Position numbers and translations under genes: made by a program
The notes under the pieces: model-generated
What the model saw: the letters and a program-made list of their open reading frames with translations, nothing else
What the model was told of the DNA's origin: nothing
Database searches by the model: none
Shown: piece after piece, positions 1 to 11,811 of the stretch
Numbering within the stretch: the first letter of the stretch is position 1
Layout: every line of letters begins with the position of its first letter
Origin: Candidatus Omnitrophota bacterium
GTDB taxonomy: Bacteria > Omnitrophota > Gorgyraeia > JAFGHF01
NCBI GenBank assembly: GCA_020341815.1
Contig: CP070837.1
Span: 1,108,575-1,172,574, forward strand
DNA length: 64,000 nt
Direction: 5' to 3'

Positions 1-1
1 T

Positions 2-784
2 TTAAGGGAAGACTTTGATAAATTTGGGGAGATGTTAATAGGTAAGGTTTATGCCGGGTGGGAAGATTTTCCTGGACTGCAATCGGAATTTAAAAAAAGA
101 GGTATAGAGCCCATTTATGTTCTTACAAAAAGAAGAAGAAAAAGAGAAAATGGAAGCATGGATATTAGAGCTCGGAAAAATAGCGCTGATATTGCACTGT
201 CTTTAGATGCGCAAGATATATTAATGGGCCGAGCAGATATAAATTCCTTTATTTTTGTAACGGGAGACAGAGACTTTTTAGATATCATCTCAAGATGCAA
301 GCAACACGGCAAAACTATAATTATTTATGGTGTAGGATATACTATAAGTAGAGATTTGCAGAGACAAGCAGATAAAGTAGTTCAAATCGAGAAATTGTTT
401 GGGTTATCGCCAACGGGAAAGCCGTCTCCTAGGCTTGATAAACCAGATTCTCCGGATTTTGATTGGGGACCTTTTGTAAAAACTTTAGATCAAATTGAAA
501 AATCAATTCCTTTTGTAGGTCTTAAGTATTTTAGAGATAAAATACTAGGTCCTTCAGTTGGTTCGGAATACGATTTAGCATCTAAAGCGCAGTTATTAAA
601 TGAGGCTATTGCTCAGGAGATAATTATAGTTGGGAAAGTTGCCAATAAAGGGAATATGCCATTTCCGGTTACCGCAATTAAGCTAAATAGAGAATGTCCG
701 GTTGTAAAAAGTATATTATCTGAAGAAATTGTAGTAGAAGCTGAAGAAATTGCCAGGACTGAAGAAACAGAAAATAAGTCTTGA
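2..784 (+). CDS. NYN (LabA-like) domain protein, 5'-partial; C-terminal OST-HTH/LOTUS-like region
   Basis: ORF is open to the window start, with no stop upstream in frame. GDRDF and IIIYGVG motifs are typical of NYN/LabA PIN-like nucleases. The tail is a helical LOTUS-like region. Confidence 0.55.
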   Translation, partial: LREDFDKFGEMLIGKVYAGWEDFPGLQSEFKKRGIEPIYVLTKRRRKRENGSMDIRARKNSADIALSLDAQDILMGRADINSFIFVTGDRDFLDIISRCKQHGKTIIIYGVGYTISRDLQRQADKVVQIEKLFGLSPTGKPSPRLDKPDSPDFDWGPFVKTLDQIEKSIPFVGLKYFRDKILGPSVGSEYDLASKAQLLNEAIAQEIIIVGKVANKGNMPFPVTAIKLNRECPVVKSILSEEIVVEAEEIARTEETENKS

Positions 785-809
785 CAAGCATTGTTTTGTA
801 GTGTATACT
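781..809 (+). promoter_or_regulatory. sigma70-like promoter TTGACA-17bp-TATACT
   Basis: Perfect -35 TTGACA at 781-786, a 17-nt spacer and TATACT at 804-809. Seen directly in the sequence. Confidence 0.45.
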
Positions 810-863
810 TAACAAAGCTGCGGACATTAGTCTGCGGCAGTATTTAATTAGATTAAGTTAGAT

Positions 864-892
864 AAAAGAGCCTCGAATGAGGCTCTTTTACA
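864..892 (+). terminator. Rho-independent terminator (gagcctc-gaat-gaggctc + T-tract)
   Basis: Perfect 7-bp stem at 868-874 pairs with 879-885 across a 4-nt loop, followed by TTTTA. Confidence 0.6.
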
Positions 893-938
893 TTTTAGCA
901 TAGCTAAAGTTAAATAGGAAAACAGATTTAAATAACGC

Positions 939-966
939 TTTACAGACGGTAAAATTTTGGTATAAT
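939..966 (+). promoter_or_regulatory. Promoter for nagA operon: TTTACA-16bp-TGgTATAAT (extended -10)
   Basis: TTTACA at 939-944, a TG at 958-959 and TATAAT at 961-966, about 40 nt upstream of the nagA ATG. Confidence 0.5.
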
Positions 967-1005
967 ATTAAAAATAAGCCCAAGGGGATATAGCCCCTTA
1001 TTTTT

Positions 1006-2100
1006 ATGAACAAACTCTACATTACCAATGCCAGGATTGTTTTGCCGGATAAAGTCATTCCTCGAGGGACGATAATAACCGAAGGCAAAAGGATAACCGG
1101 CATCCGTAGAGGCAAATCCACTCCCCCCGCTTTAGCTAAAAAAATCGATGCCCGGGGGAATTTTGCAGCTCCAGGTTTTATCGACCTGCATATCCACGGC
1201 GATATAGAGAAGATTTCCCGCCAGCAGGTCAAAGGGGGGACAATTGGATTTTTGGCTACGCTGCACCCGGCAAAAGCAAAGGCCCTGCTGGAAAATATTT
1301 CAGAGGCCTTAACCCAAAAAGCCCATGGCGCCAAAGTCTTAGGTATCCGCCTGGAAGGCCCCTTCTTAAACCGCAGCTTTTGCGGAGCCCTGCCGCGCCA
1401 AGCTCTTCGCCCGCCGGATACGAGCGAGATGAAAGCAATCATTAAGCGAGCGCACGGCGCCTTAAAGATGGTAATCCTGGCGCCGGAATTAAAGAATGCG
1501 CTCGAGTTAATCCGCTTATTGAAAAGGAATAATATCGTTCCTTCCATAGGACATACGGGCGCAACCTATGAAGAGGCCGAAAGAGGCATTGATTGCGGCA
1601 TAACGGAGGCTGCGCACACCTTTAATCGTATGCGTGGTTTCGACCACCGCTCCTCCGGGGCTTTAGAGGCGGTATTAATGGATAGCCGTATTGATTGTGA
1701 GGTAATTGCCGACGGGATACATGTTCATCCGGCGCTGCTCGCTTTATTATTAAAGTGCAAGGGCGCAGATAAAGTTTCGCTGATAACCGATTCCACTGCG
1801 GCTCAAAAGTACCCCCTTAAAAAGCGCTCGGGCTCAATATTCAAATTAAAAGACGGCACGTTATACGGGACGGCGCTGACTTTAAATAAAGCCTTGAAAA
1901 ATATCATAAGATTTCTGGATTTAAGTATGCCCGAGGCGGTAAAGATGGTTACGCTTAATCCGGCAAGGATTTTGAAGATAGACAGGAAAAAGGGGAGCAT
2001 CGCCGTCGGCAAAGACGCCGACATCGTTATTTTTGATAAGAACTTTAATGTGAAGATGACTATGGTTGAAGGGGAGGTAAAATACAAATGTGCGGCATAG
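1006..2100 (+). CDS. nagA: N-acetylglucosamine-6-phosphate deacetylase
   Basis: 364 aa. FIDLHIHG metal-binding motif and HTFNRM. The amidohydrolase architecture is typical of NagA. The stop overlaps the glmS start. Confidence 0.85.
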   Translation: MNKLYITNARIVLPDKVIPRGTIITEGKRITGIRRGKSTPPALAKKIDARGNFAAPGFIDLHIHGDIEKISRQQVKGGTIGFLATLHPAKAKALLENISEALTQKAHGAKVLGIRLEGPFLNRSFCGALPRQALRPPDTSEMKAIIKRAHGALKMVILAPELKNALELIRLLKRNNIVPSIGHTGATYEEAERGIDCGITEAAHTFNRMRGFDHRSSGALEAVLMDSRIDCEVIADGIHVHPALLALLLKCKGADKVSLITDSTAAQKYPLKKRSGSIFKLKDGTLYGTALTLNKALKNIIRFLDLSMPEAVKMVTLNPARILKIDRKKGSIAVGKDADIVIFDKNFNVKMTMVEGEVKYKCAA

Positions 2101-3953
2101 TCGGATATATCGGCAAGCGCAATGCCCAGGAAGTCTTGATTAAGGGCTTGCGCCGCCTGGAATATCGCGGTTATGATTCTGCGGGCGTGGCTATCCTTAG
2201 CGATAAAGTCGGCAAAAGGCCGAGTCGCCTCCAGATTGAAAAACGCGCCGGGAAGTTAGGGATTTTGGAGAATATTCTGACCCAGAAGCCCCTTGCGGGA
2301 AATCTGGGTATAAGTCATGTGCGCTGGGCCACGCACGGCATCCCCAATACCAAAAACGCCCATCCTCATTGGTGCTGTGCTAACCGCATCGCCCTGGTGC
2401 ATAATGGGATTATTGAAAATTACGAAGAGCTGAAGGAATCTTTGATAAAAGAAGGGCATAAGTTTCGTTCCCAGACGGATACCGAGGTCCTGGTGCATCT
2501 TGTGGAGAAGTTTTATCAGGCTAATTTAGAGGAAGCCATAAGGCGCGCTTTGAAGCTGGTGCGCGGGGCGTATGCTATTTCGGTAATTTGTAAAGACGAG
2601 CCCGATAAATTGGTAGGCGCCCGATGCGGCAGTCCTTTAATTGCAGGAACAGGCGAGGAGGAAGGTTTTTTGGCCAGTGATATCCCGGCACTTCTGGATT
2701 ATACCAATGAGGTTACTCTGCTGGATGAAGGAGAGATAGCGGTGCTTACTCCCCGAGGATTAGAGGTGCAGAACTTAAAAAAAGACATCCTGAACAAAGA
2801 AAAGATAAAGATAAGCTGGGATGCGGCGCAGGCGGAAAAAGAGGGTTTTCCGCATTTTATGCTTAAGGAAATCCACGAGCAGCCGCGGGCCATCACCAAT
2901 ACCCTGATGGGGCGGATTTCCGAGGATAAGGAAAAGGTCCTTCTTCCGGAGCTCAAATCCTTAGAGAAGTTTTTTGCCTCTATGGAAAAGATAGTAATTA
3001 TCAGCTGCGGCACGGCCTGGCATGCGGGATTAGTAGGTAAATATCTGATTGAAGAATTCGCGCGTATCCCCGTCGAGGTAGATATAGCCAGTGAATTTCG
3101 CTACCGCAATCCTATTCTTAATGATAAAACCTTAGTCGTTGCCATTACCCAGTCGGGTGAGACCGCCGATACCTTAGCCGGCTTGCACGCAGCTAAAAAT
3201 AGCGGCGCAAAGATACTCTCAATCTGTAATGTGTTAGGCAGCTCTATCCCCCGGGAGTCAGATGCGGTAATTTATACCCACGCCGGCCCTGAGATTGCGG
3301 TTGCCTCCACCAAGGCCTACACCTGCCAATTAGCTGTTCTTTATCTTTTTGCATTTTATCTGGCAAGTTTAAAAAATCCCTCATATTTTACCAAACCTCA
3401 TTCGCTAAAGGATTATCTTACGAATTTAGAAAATATCCCCGCAAAGATAGAGGAGTTCTTAAACAATAAAGACAACAAAAAGGTTATTCGGCAGTGTACC
3501 CGTCGCTACCATCGCTCTTTCGGTTTTCTTTATCTGGGGCGCTCTTTAAACTTTCCTACGGCATTGGAAGGGGCTTTGAAGATTAAGGAGATCTCTTATA
3601 TTCACGCCGAAGGTTACGGAGCGGGTGAGATGAAGCATGGGCCCATTGCCTTGATTAATCCGCATCTTCCGGTAGTCTGCATCGCCCCCGGCGACAGTGT
3701 TTATGAAAAGATGCTTTCCAATATCGAGGAGATTAAGGCCCGCAAGGGAATAGTTATTTCTGTGGCCACAGAAGGTGATAAGTTTATCTCTCATCACTCC
3801 AATCATGTTATTTATCTGCCCCGAATAAATCCGGTTTTTTCACCCTTCTTAACAGTAGTGCCGCTTCAGCTCTTAGCTTATTATATCGCCGCAAAACGCG
3901 GCTGTGATATCGACCGGCCAAAGAACCTGGCAAAATCGGTTACCGTTGAATAA
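2088..3953 (+). CDS. glmS: Glutamine--fructose-6-phosphate aminotransferase (isomerizing)
   Basis: 621 aa. N-terminal MCGIVGY Ntn-glutaminase start, two SIS domains and a C-terminal ...KSVTVE. Confidence 0.95.
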   Translation: MCGIVGYIGKRNAQEVLIKGLRRLEYRGYDSAGVAILSDKVGKRPSRLQIEKRAGKLGILENILTQKPLAGNLGISHVRWATHGIPNTKNAHPHWCCANRIALVHNGIIENYEELKESLIKEGHKFRSQTDTEVLVHLVEKFYQANLEEAIRRALKLVRGAYAISVICKDEPDKLVGARCGSPLIAGTGEEEGFLASDIPALLDYTNEVTLLDEGEIAVLTPRGLEVQNLKKDILNKEKIKISWDAAQAEKEGFPHFMLKEIHEQPRAITNTLMGRISEDKEKVLLPELKSLEKFFASMEKIVIISCGTAWHAGLVGKYLIEEFARIPVEVDIASEFRYRNPILNDKTLVVAITQSGETADTLAGLHAAKNSGAKILSICNVLGSSIPRESDAVIYTHAGPEIAVASTKAYTCQLAVLYLFAFYLASLKNPSYFTKPHSLKDYLTNLENIPAKIEEFLNNKDNKKVIRQCTRRYHRSFGFLYLGRSLNFPTALEGALKIKEISYIHAEGYGAGEMKHGPIALINPHLPVVCIAPGDSVYEKMLSNIEEIKARKGIVISVATEGDKFISHHSNHVIYLPRINPVFSPFLTVVPLQLLAYYIAAKRGCDIDRPKNLAKSVTVE

Positions 3954-4615
3954 TGCTCTATATTGTCTCTACGCCTATAGGAAATCTTAAAGATATCACG
4001 CTGCGCGCCTTAGAGGTGCTTAAGGCCGTGCAGCTGATTGCCGCAGAGGATACCCGGCACACCCGCAAGCTCCTTACTCATTACGGGATTCGCACAGCTT
4101 TAACCAGTTATTTTGAGCATAATAAGTTTACCAAGGGGCCGCATCTTGTGCATCTGTTAAAAGAGGGCAAGGATATCGCTTTAGTTACCGATAGCGGCAC
4201 GCCCGGTATCTCCGACCCCGGATACCGGTTGATTCAATTAGCTATCGAAAATGAAGTGCCTATTACCGCTATTCCCGGCCCAACCGCTTTGATTGATGCC
4301 TTGGTCTTATCGGGACTGGCTACCGACAGATTTATCTTTGAGGGGTATCTGCCCGTAAAAGGCGGCGCGCGCAAAAAGAGATTAGAGGAAATCAAGGATG
4401 AGAAAAGGACGGTTATCTTTTATGAGTCACCCCATCGCTTAATCAAATCCTTACAGGATATTCAAGAGGTTTTAGGCCAAAGAGAGATAGTCGTCTTACG
4501 CGAGCTGACCAAAAAGTTCGAACAGATACTTCGGGGGAGTGCTGCTTCTATTTTAGAGCATTTCCAAAAACATCCGATTAAAGGAGAGTTTGTAATTATA
4601 ATAAAGAAAAAATAA
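3953..4615 (+). CDS. rsmI: 16S rRNA (cytidine1402-2'-O)-methyltransferase
   Basis: 220 aa. MLYIVSTPIGNLKDITLRALEVL...AAEDTRHTRKLL is the tetrapyrrole-methylase-like RsmI signature. Confidence 0.9.
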   Translation: MLYIVSTPIGNLKDITLRALEVLKAVQLIAAEDTRHTRKLLTHYGIRTALTSYFEHNKFTKGPHLVHLLKEGKDIALVTDSGTPGISDPGYRLIQLAIENEVPITAIPGPTALIDALVLSGLATDRFIFEGYLPVKGGARKKRLEEIKDEKRTVIFYESPHRLIKSLQDIQEVLGQREIVVLRELTKKFEQILRGSAASILEHFQKHPIKGEFVIIIKKK

Positions 4616-4648
4616 TAATTATCGATTAATAAATATTTTAGACGAGGC

Positions 4649-4676
4649 GGGCTAAAAATATAGCCCTTTTTTATTT
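4649..4676 (+). terminator. Rho-independent terminator (gggcta-aaaata-tagccc + TTTTTTATTTT)
   Basis: Perfect 6-bp stem and a T-run directly after rsmI. Confidence 0.6.
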
Positions 4677-4688
4677 TATAGAAGGCCA

Positions 4689-7600
4689 ATGGGTAAAAAG
4701 AAACATAAAAAACAAGATACGCTCTGGATATGGTTATTGGCGCTAGTAGCGATACTTTTTATCGCTTTTGTTGCTTTGATGCTCTCTGCCAGCTTAAGAC
4801 ACAATGCAGCCTTTGGCTCATTGCATCTTCCCGAACCAAAACTCGCCCAAAGAGAATTTCACCCGCCAATTCTTAAAAGCCTCATTGTCAATCCCGAGTC
4901 CCGAAATAACTATTTTAGCTTTATCCTGGATACGGGAGAGAGGGCTTCATCTGATAAGGCTCAGCTTGAGCCGGAGGTAAGAGATCTTATCCATCACTTT
5001 TTCTTAGGGGTGACCCTGCCTTCGGAAGACTTCTGGGTTAACTTAAACTTCAGCCAGGAGGACAGGATAACCAGCCCCCGCTTAGGCCTGACTGATGCCG
5101 GAAAGATTCTGCTTGAGGCGGACCTGAAGTTAAAGAAGGATGTTGCTTATCTTACCGATCCGCGCCACGCAACAGGGGCGGAATACTGGCGTATTCTTAA
5201 TGAGGAAATCCAAAAATTAAGGCTCGTTAATCCCCGTATCCCTCAGGCGAACCGTGTCTGGATAGTGCCTGATGAGGTAATGGTGGAGGAAGAAAATGAT
5301 ACTTTTACCATAACACGTGCAAGACTCAAAGTCTGCCTGGAATCGGATTATCTGGCCAAATATGAGAATAATTATATCTATCAGAATGAAGAAGAAAAAC
5401 GCCTGATAGATTGCGCCAGAAAGGCAATGGAAGGGGCGGTGTTACCGTTCTTAGAACGGGAAGTCAATTACGGTATTGCTTATGCCCCCTTGCGCCAGGT
5501 GTATCACAGCTTAATCTTAGCGGAGTGTTATAAAAGAAGATATTGGGGTAAAAAGGGATTTTTCCCCAGCACCGTCAATCAAGGTTATTTAGAAGGCCTT
5601 CACTCAAAAACCCCCTGGAGCAAAAAAGGCTATTTTGATGCCTATGTGCGCTCAGTCAGCCAGGGGGAATATTCCTTCCGGCGCACGGAGTTCGACCCCT
5701 ATCAATTTGATATGATAAAGAAGCAGTATGTTTCGGGAGGGATAAAATTGTTTTTCACCAAAGGCTTGAATATTGAGCCAGTTAAACTATCTCCGCAGAA
5801 AAGCCATTCCTCGCCAATTGTATCTGATAATAATGGACTTCTGCAGGCGGTTGCTGTATTCAACGATTGTAATCCTGAAGATATCTGGAAATCAACCATA
5901 GGATTAGCTAAATTAACCCAGTCCGAGGACCCAACTTCAATTGTTTCTTCACCGGCTCTTGGGCGACTAGAAGAAAGATTAGCGAAACGGCTAGAGAAGA
6001 TTCAACCACCAGATCCTCAGCTTAGTGCAGAAGTTCGGAGTTTTCTTGAATCGCAAGCAGTCTTTAATCCAAGCAAACTCATTGCCCAAAAGTTTGATGA
6101 AGGATGCCAAGTTATAATAATGGGCGAATCTCGGCATCTTTCACCAGTTCAACACGGTTATATAGCACAGTTGATTTTGCAACTCGCAGCCAAAGAGCAA
6201 ATTACGCATGTTCTGCTCGAACGACGTAAATGGACGCAAGAGGCCATAGAGCACTATCTTGATACAGGAGAAATTCTCGATTCCCTTAGAGATGATGTGA
6301 ATCGAGAAATATACCGAAATCCATCCTATTACGCAATTCTTGAAGCGATACGACAGGTAAGATTGCAAGAATATGACATTCAAGTAATTGCTTTTGATGT
6401 CCGCAATGAAGAGACCGCCGGTTCGACAGAAGTTGAAAAAGAAATGGCAGACTATATCTTAGAAAAAATCGACTTTAACTCAGGAGTAGTAAAAGCTCTT
6501 ATTCATACAGGAGGAGGGCATGCATGGCTAAACGACAAAGAAGGAAAGTTACTTTTAGCAGGTTGGCTTGATAAATATTTGCCGGGAAAAGTAAGCCGAA
6601 TATTATGCTTGGAGCAAAATGGCTTAGTGCGCTATCGAACCATAGATAGACTATTTGGGCCGCTTGGTCCGCAAGAATTGGATAAAGCTATTGAGGGGTC
6701 TCATTTTGAAAGTCAGCCATTTATAATAGATAATCTTAAGGAATCTCCATTGTCTCAAGTTAGATTTACAATGGATAGGCCTCTATCTCTGGAGAATTCG
6801 CTTGGGGTGTATGATGGCCTCATTTATATTTCTTGGCCTATGGGCTTCGATCTTACTAAATCTCCTTTTGCGCCAGAAAGTCCTTATTTGGGAGCTGAAG
6901 GAGTGCTGGATTGGACAATCCCATCAATCAAGGCCGACTCTTTACCAATAGAGGGGCAAGATTCAGATAGGGGCGGGGTTGATTTTAATAGGATTTCCTC
7001 AATCTATTCCCCTGCAAAGAAAGTAATCCTTGTAGTTGATGATAATGGGAAAGAGCGAAAGAAGTTTGTCGATGCTCTCCAAAAGGAAGGTTACCATACT
7101 TTAACTGCCGGCGGCATGCAAGAGGCTTTAGCTATATTAGAGGAAAAAAGGGTCGATGCGATATTAACCGATATGATCATGTCTAATGGAACAGGTCTTG
7201 AATTAGCGGAAGCCGCAAAAGGGCTTAATCCGGAACTGTTAATTATAATTCATAGCGGAGAAACTGTCGATAACTTGCAAAATATAATTACTAGAAGATC
7301 ACTAGATGTTACGTATTGTAATAAAGGAGATTTCCCGAAGACAGTTGAGCTGATTAAGAAGAAATTAGAAGAGTCTAATGTTTCTTCGCCTTCAATGCAA
7401 GATAGAAGCGTTAAATTGAAAAGGTTTAAGGAAGATTTCAAAAGGGAAATAGATGATTTGCTTAATTCTGTGCGGGCGAATAGTAAGGTTTATCCCTTCT
7501 TAAAGGAAATTGTTGGAAAAATAGATGAAATATATGAAGAAGATACGAAAGATATATTAGATATGGCACTTGAAAAAGTGCTACAGCCCTTTAATATAGG

Positions 7601-8342
7601 TTATCCACCGGATCTTCAGAGGCACGATTGGGAACAATTTTTAACGCTAAAAACGCTGCAAGCCGATAATGATTACGGGCCTATTCAATTAATTACAATG
7701 GTGAAACGCAATGCAGAAGTTAATATCGAAAATCTGGTTGATTGCTTAGAAGAGGGATGGGGGAAAGATAAGACAAAAAAAGCTACAACGCTGGCGCAAG
7801 ATACCTTTGAGCAAGCTTACCTTTTAAGAAAAGTCTTGGGTATAATTGAAAATGAGCCTCTATCTTCCCCTGCCCGGGCTAATGCGAAGAAAACCAGGGA
7901 ATTAGAAGTTGAAGCCTGGCGCCTGGTGGAATCTTTCAAGGAGAACCTACGGCTTTTGATAATAAAGCTTGAGGATCTTGAAGAAGCGTATCGTGATAAT
8001 GAATGGAAGGCCCAAGTCGAACGGATAAACAAGGAGATTTCAGAAATTTATAGCCAGCTTAATACAGCGATGGCCAAATTAATAAACATTATTAAGAGCA
8101 TGGAAGATCCGGGAACGAAAAAGACGTTTATGGAAAAATTAAAAGCGATTAAGGTTGATGTAAATATAGTAAAGCAGCAGTTGACAGAAGATGAAAAGAT
8201 ATCTTTTGTCGAAGAAGCGTTTTATAAGGCTTTAGACGGATATCTGTCTTCGGGTGACTTTGTCGGGGCTAAATCTTCCCCTGTCCAGGATACGGGCGTA
8301 GCCGGAATTGACCTGCGCAGGATGGAGATTAAGGCAAAATAA
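4689..8342 (+). CDS. Large membrane-anchored protein with ChaN/Tiki-like (GE..H..H) domain, internal CheY-like receiver domain and C-terminal coiled coil
   Basis: 1217 aa. N-terminal TM helix LWIWLLALVAILFIAFVALML. IIMGESRHLSPVQHGYIAQLIL resembles the PF04187/ChaN-Tiki GExH...H motif. The receiver domain reads ILVVDDNG...ILTDMIMSNGTG...IIIHSG. The tail is K/E-rich heptad-like. Confidence 0.5.
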   Translation: MGKKKHKKQDTLWIWLLALVAILFIAFVALMLSASLRHNAAFGSLHLPEPKLAQREFHPPILKSLIVNPESRNNYFSFILDTGERASSDKAQLEPEVRDLIHHFFLGVTLPSEDFWVNLNFSQEDRITSPRLGLTDAGKILLEADLKLKKDVAYLTDPRHATGAEYWRILNEEIQKLRLVNPRIPQANRVWIVPDEVMVEEENDTFTITRARLKVCLESDYLAKYENNYIYQNEEEKRLIDCARKAMEGAVLPFLEREVNYGIAYAPLRQVYHSLILAECYKRRYWGKKGFFPSTVNQGYLEGLHSKTPWSKKGYFDAYVRSVSQGEYSFRRTEFDPYQFDMIKKQYVSGGIKLFFTKGLNIEPVKLSPQKSHSSPIVSDNNGLLQAVAVFNDCNPEDIWKSTIGLAKLTQSEDPTSIVSSPALGRLEERLAKRLEKIQPPDPQLSAEVRSFLESQAVFNPSKLIAQKFDEGCQVIIMGESRHLSPVQHGYIAQLILQLAAKEQITHVLLERRKWTQEAIEHYLDTGEILDSLRDDVNREIYRNPSYYAILEAIRQVRLQEYDIQVIAFDVRNEETAGSTEVEKEMADYILEKIDFNSGVVKALIHTGGGHAWLNDKEGKLLLAGWLDKYLPGKVSRILCLEQNGLVRYRTIDRLFGPLGPQELDKAIEGSHFESQPFIIDNLKESPLSQVRFTMDRPLSLENSLGVYDGLIYISWPMGFDLTKSPFAPESPYLGAEGVLDWTIPSIKADSLPIEGQDSDRGGVDFNRISSIYSPAKKVILVVDDNGKERKKFVDALQKEGYHTLTAGGMQEALAILEEKRVDAILTDMIMSNGTGLELAEAAKGLNPELLIIIHSGETVDNLQNIITRRSLDVTYCNKGDFPKTVELIKKKLEESNVSSPSMQDRSVKLKRFKEDFKREIDDLLNSVRANSKVYPFLKEIVGKIDEIYEEDTKDILDMALEKVLQPFNIGYPPDLQRHDWEQFLTLKTLQADNDYGPIQLITMVKRNAEVNIENLVDCLEEGWGKDKTKKATTLAQDTFEQAYLLRKVLGIIENEPLSSPARANAKKTRELEVEAWRLVESFKENLRLLIIKLEDLEEAYRDNEWKAQVERINKEISEIYSQLNTAMAKLINIIKSMEDPGTKKTFMEKLKAIKVDVNIVKQQLTEDEKISFVEEAFYKALDGYLSSGDFVGAKSSPVQDTGVAGIDLRRMEIKAK

Positions 8343-8400
8343 CCCTTGATCCGCCAAAGTGCTACTGCGAGATCTGCGAAAAATTATTACATAATTTTTC

Positions 8401-8429
8401 TTGACAAAAGGGGATAGATGTGGTATAGT
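8401..8429 (+). promoter_or_regulatory. pyr operon promoter TTGACA-17bp-TATAGT (TGg extended -10)
   Basis: TTGACA at 8401-8406 and TATAGT at 8424-8429. Confidence 0.55.
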
Positions 8430-8454
8430 TTAAAGCACAATTTGAGACCCTTTT

Positions 8455-8480
8455 AAGCCCGTCCCGTGAGGCGGGAAAAG
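8455..8480 (+). promoter_or_regulatory. PyrR-binding loop (UCCNGNGAGG-type) in pyr leader
   Basis: agcccGUCCCGUGAGGCGGGa matches the conserved PyrR RNA-binding-loop consensus, and cccg/cggg can form the flanking stem. It lies immediately 5' of the leader-ORF RBS. Confidence 0.6.
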
Positions 8481-8490
8481 GAGTGAAAAA

Positions 8491-10040
<1,550 letters not shown>

Positions 10041-10044
<4 letters not shown>

Positions 10045-11315
10045 AGATACTGATTAAAAACGGGCGCGTAGTTGATCCGGCGAATAATCTGGATAAGGTG
10101 TGTGATATCCTGGTGGATAACGGTAAAATAGCCAGGGTTGCCGCTAAAATTGACTGCGCCGCTGAAAGCGTAATAGACGCTAAAGACAAAATCGTGATGC
10201 CGGGAATTATCGATATGCACGTGCATTTAAGAGAGCCCGGCCGTGAAGATAAAGAGACCGTTCTTACGGCAACGGAGGCGGCTCTGGCAGGAGGCATAAC
10301 CTCAGTTTTGGCTATGCCTAACACTACCCCCGCCATTGATTGTGCGGAAAACGTGAAATTATTAAAGTCTATTATAAAAAAGGATGCCCGCAATTTTGTA
10401 TTTATCGCCGGCGCTATAACGCGCGCTCGCCAGGGAGAAGAGGTAACCGATACGGCTAAATTGAAAAAGGAAGGGGTGCTGGCGCTTACCGATGATGGCT
10501 CATCCGTAGATAAGGATGAGGTTTTTCTTGAGGCCTTAAGAGAGGCCAAAAAGAGTAAATTATTAATAATATGCCACAGCGAGGACAAAACGCTTTCGGC
10601 AGATGGCGCGGTTAATTTAGGGATTACCTCAACGCGTATGGGCTTGCGGGGGATTTCCCGCGAGTCGGAATACAAGCGGGTAGAAAGAGATATTGCATTG
10701 GCTCGCGAGGCCTCCTGCCCGGTTCATATCGCCCATATAAGCTGCAAAGAATCCGTAGAGATAATTCGCCGGGCCAGGAAAAAAGGGATAAAAGTGACCT
10801 GTGAGACCGCCCCGCATTATTTCGCCTTGAATGAAGAGGCGGTTTTGGGATTTGATACAAATATGAAAATGAACCCTCCCCTGCGCGCTCAGGAAGATGT
10901 CCAGGCTATAAAGCAGGGTTTAGCCGACGGAACAATTGATGCGATTGCCTCGGACCACGCCCCGCATACGGAGAATGAAAAAGATATTGAGTTTGAACGG
11001 GCGCAGTTTGGGGTAATTGGCCTTGAGACTGAAGGCGCAGTAGCGATTACGGAGCTGGTGGATAAAGGGATTTTGGATTGGAAAGGTTTAGTGCGCAAGT
11101 TATCCGTTAATCCTGCTAAAATCTTAGGGATAAATAAAGGCAGTTTAGGTAAAGGCAGTGATGCGGATATCGTTATAATTTCACCGCAGAAGAAGTGGAC
11201 GGTTCAGAGGGATAAATTTCTCTCCAAGTCAAAAAATTCACCTTTTATTGGCAGAACGCTCAAAGGTGTAGTAGAATATACTATATGTGGGGGCAAGGTA
11301 GCTTTTAGTCGCTAG
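10041..11315 (+). CDS. pyrC: Dihydroorotase (amidohydrolase, PyrC type)
   Basis: Motifs [10 protein letters not shown] and DHAPH, 424 aa. Its position after pyrB supports the call. Confidence 0.85.
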
Positions 11316-11345
11316 TCGCTTGTATCTAGTATCTTGTGAAAAACA

Positions 11346-11810
11346 ATGTCAAGATCTCAAGGCGATAAGTTTATTCTTACTAAAGAGCTGGGAAGACTGG
11401 CGAAGTGGCTGCGTATCTTAGGATATGACGCCAGCTTTTACCGGCAGGATAATGTAAGCACCCTGATTATCACCGCCTTGCGCGAGGAAAGAATTATCTT
11501 AACGCGCAATTTGCGCATCAGCCGCTTTCCCGGGCCGAAGATAGTAATAGTTAAGTCCGATTTTGTGAATAAGCAGATAAAGCAGGTTATCCGTCAGCTC
11601 AAGCTTAAGCCTAGGCCTAAAGATATGTTCAGGCGCTGCGTCATCTGCAATGTGGAATTGAAAGAGATTGCCAAAACCCGCATCAAGAGTAAGGTTCCCG
11701 AATATGTTTATAAAACCCAGAAGGATTTTACGAATTGCCCTCGTTGTAAAAAAGTTTACTGGCAGGGAACGCACTGGGGCAATGCCAAAAAATACTTAGG
11801 AAAGATTTAG
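11346..11810 (+). CDS. Mut7-C RNase domain (DUF82) protein with C-terminal zinc ribbon
   Basis: 154 aa. PIN-like N-terminal half and C..C...C..C (CVICN...CPRCK) typical of PF01927. Confidence 0.6.
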   Translation: MSRSQGDKFILTKELGRLAKWLRILGYDASFYRQDNVSTLIITALREERIILTRNLRISRFPGPKIVIVKSDFVNKQIKQVIRQLKLKPRPKDMFRRCVICNVELKEIAKTRIKSKVPEYVYKTQKDFTNCPRCKKVYWQGTHWGNAKKYLGKI

Positions 11811-11811
11811 G

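Noticed and set aside
1017-1547. 176-aa minus-strand ORF in nagA
   Set aside because: Antisense to nagA, with no support.
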